From the NCBI RefSeq assembly GCF_018350175.1, contig NC_058382.1:49478001-49542000 (forward strand): a stretch of DNA of 64,000 nt, in the 5' to 3' direction. The notes below the pieces were generated by a model that was not told the origin of the DNA, searched no databases, and worked only from the letters and a program-made list of their open reading frames with translations. Positions 63,013 to 64,000 of this stretch are shown piece after piece. The DNA is from Felis catus (Eukaryota). Numbering within the stretch: the first letter of the stretch is position 1; each line of letters starts with the position of its first letter. The position numbers were made by a program, and so were the translations under genes.

Positions 63013-64000
63013 GTACGAAAGGGTTGGCAGGGCCAGCTCAGCCCCATCCGAGACCCCAGAGGGCTCCTTCTGTGCAGGTGGGGGAGAGAAGGACGGACCC
63101 TCAGCACTAGCCATTCTGTCCCCTTTGGTTGCGGGATGACCTCTCCTCCCTGCCAAGGGCTCTGAGAGGGGTCGAAGCAGAGGCCCGCAGATAGAAGGTC
63201 TGAACATGCCAAGTGTAGGGCAGAGCAGGTCTCTGGTCTGATGGCCTGGAAGGTGGGGACTGACGGGGAGACCCGTGGAGCCCCACAGGTTGGAGGCACT
63301 TAGGACCCCACCTGGAAGGTTGATTCGCCATCCGTCTCCTTGAGCCTTATCTTCCTCCGCGGGCCCCTCTCCTCCACGGTGCGAGGACCGTCATCTGTGC
63401 CAGAGAGGCAACAGGGAGGGGTGTGCGAGCCGCCCCTGCACCCGCCCCTTCTCCCCAGAGGGCCAGAGGCAGGAATAGCCACTACCTGTGGGGCCATGGC
63501 ACTGAAAGCTGCTATAATTAGCGGGGCTGAGATTTGTCCTCAGGCTCCAGTATGAGCCTCGTTCTTGTTCCCAGCTGGAAAGAAGACACCTCCTTACCCA
63601 AGACAGGAGGACGCTCTGTGCCATCTGCTCTCGGCTCCTTGAGTCCCAGAGCTTCTCCTGACACGCGGGCTTTTCCGAAGCCCGATTCACAGGGCTGTTG
63701 ACCACGAGGTGGTTGTGGCGCCTGGTACCCAGACGTGGCCGGTTTATGAGAGGCTCCAGGTCGGGGTGGGGTGAGGGGGTGCTCTTGGCCTGGGCCCAGC
63801 GCAGATTGCTCCAGTGTCCCCAGAAGGCACCACTCAGAACCAGAAGATAGAAATCTTTGGCTCTGGGGGAGAACGACGCAAATTATCTACCTGGTTCCTG
63901 TCTTTGAAAATTACCCTATGTTGGTACATAAGTCAGAAAGCTGTTTTGGGCAATCTCTGTTACCTGTCTGGTTCCAATGGTCCTTTCTGTGAACATTGGA

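Noticed and set aside
63013..64000. Final coding exon of ZNRF1 (remaining RING W..C-P..H portion)
   Set aside because: No matching translation found; presumably beyond the window end.

Overview
Mammalian genomic DNA, almost certainly from a felid: it carries many tRNA-derived Can-SINEs, including young SINEC_Fc-type copies. The window lies inside ZNRF1 (zinc finger/RING-H2 E3 ubiquitin ligase) on the + strand. Bases 1-52484 are the distal part of a very long intron. A 96-nt coding exon (52485-52580) encodes the zinc finger. A 10,326-nt intron follows, then a 106-nt coding exon (62907-63012) encoding most of the RING-H2 domain. The N-terminal exon and the exon completing the RING lie outside the window. 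The rest is intronic: about 30 Can-SINEs (several nested, many with clear target-site duplications, TSDs), old L1/L2/MIR fragments, seven solo LTRs, DNA-transposon MITEs, microsatellites and a few repeat-free stretches with enhancer-like motifs. I could not support any other ORF in the track as a gene. I found no evidence for a previously undescribed biological system. The best leads are splicing features of ZNRF1, candidate intronic enhancers and informative nested or young insertions. Repeat family names come from recognising consensus-like sequence by eye, and repeat boundaries are approximate unless a TSD is given.
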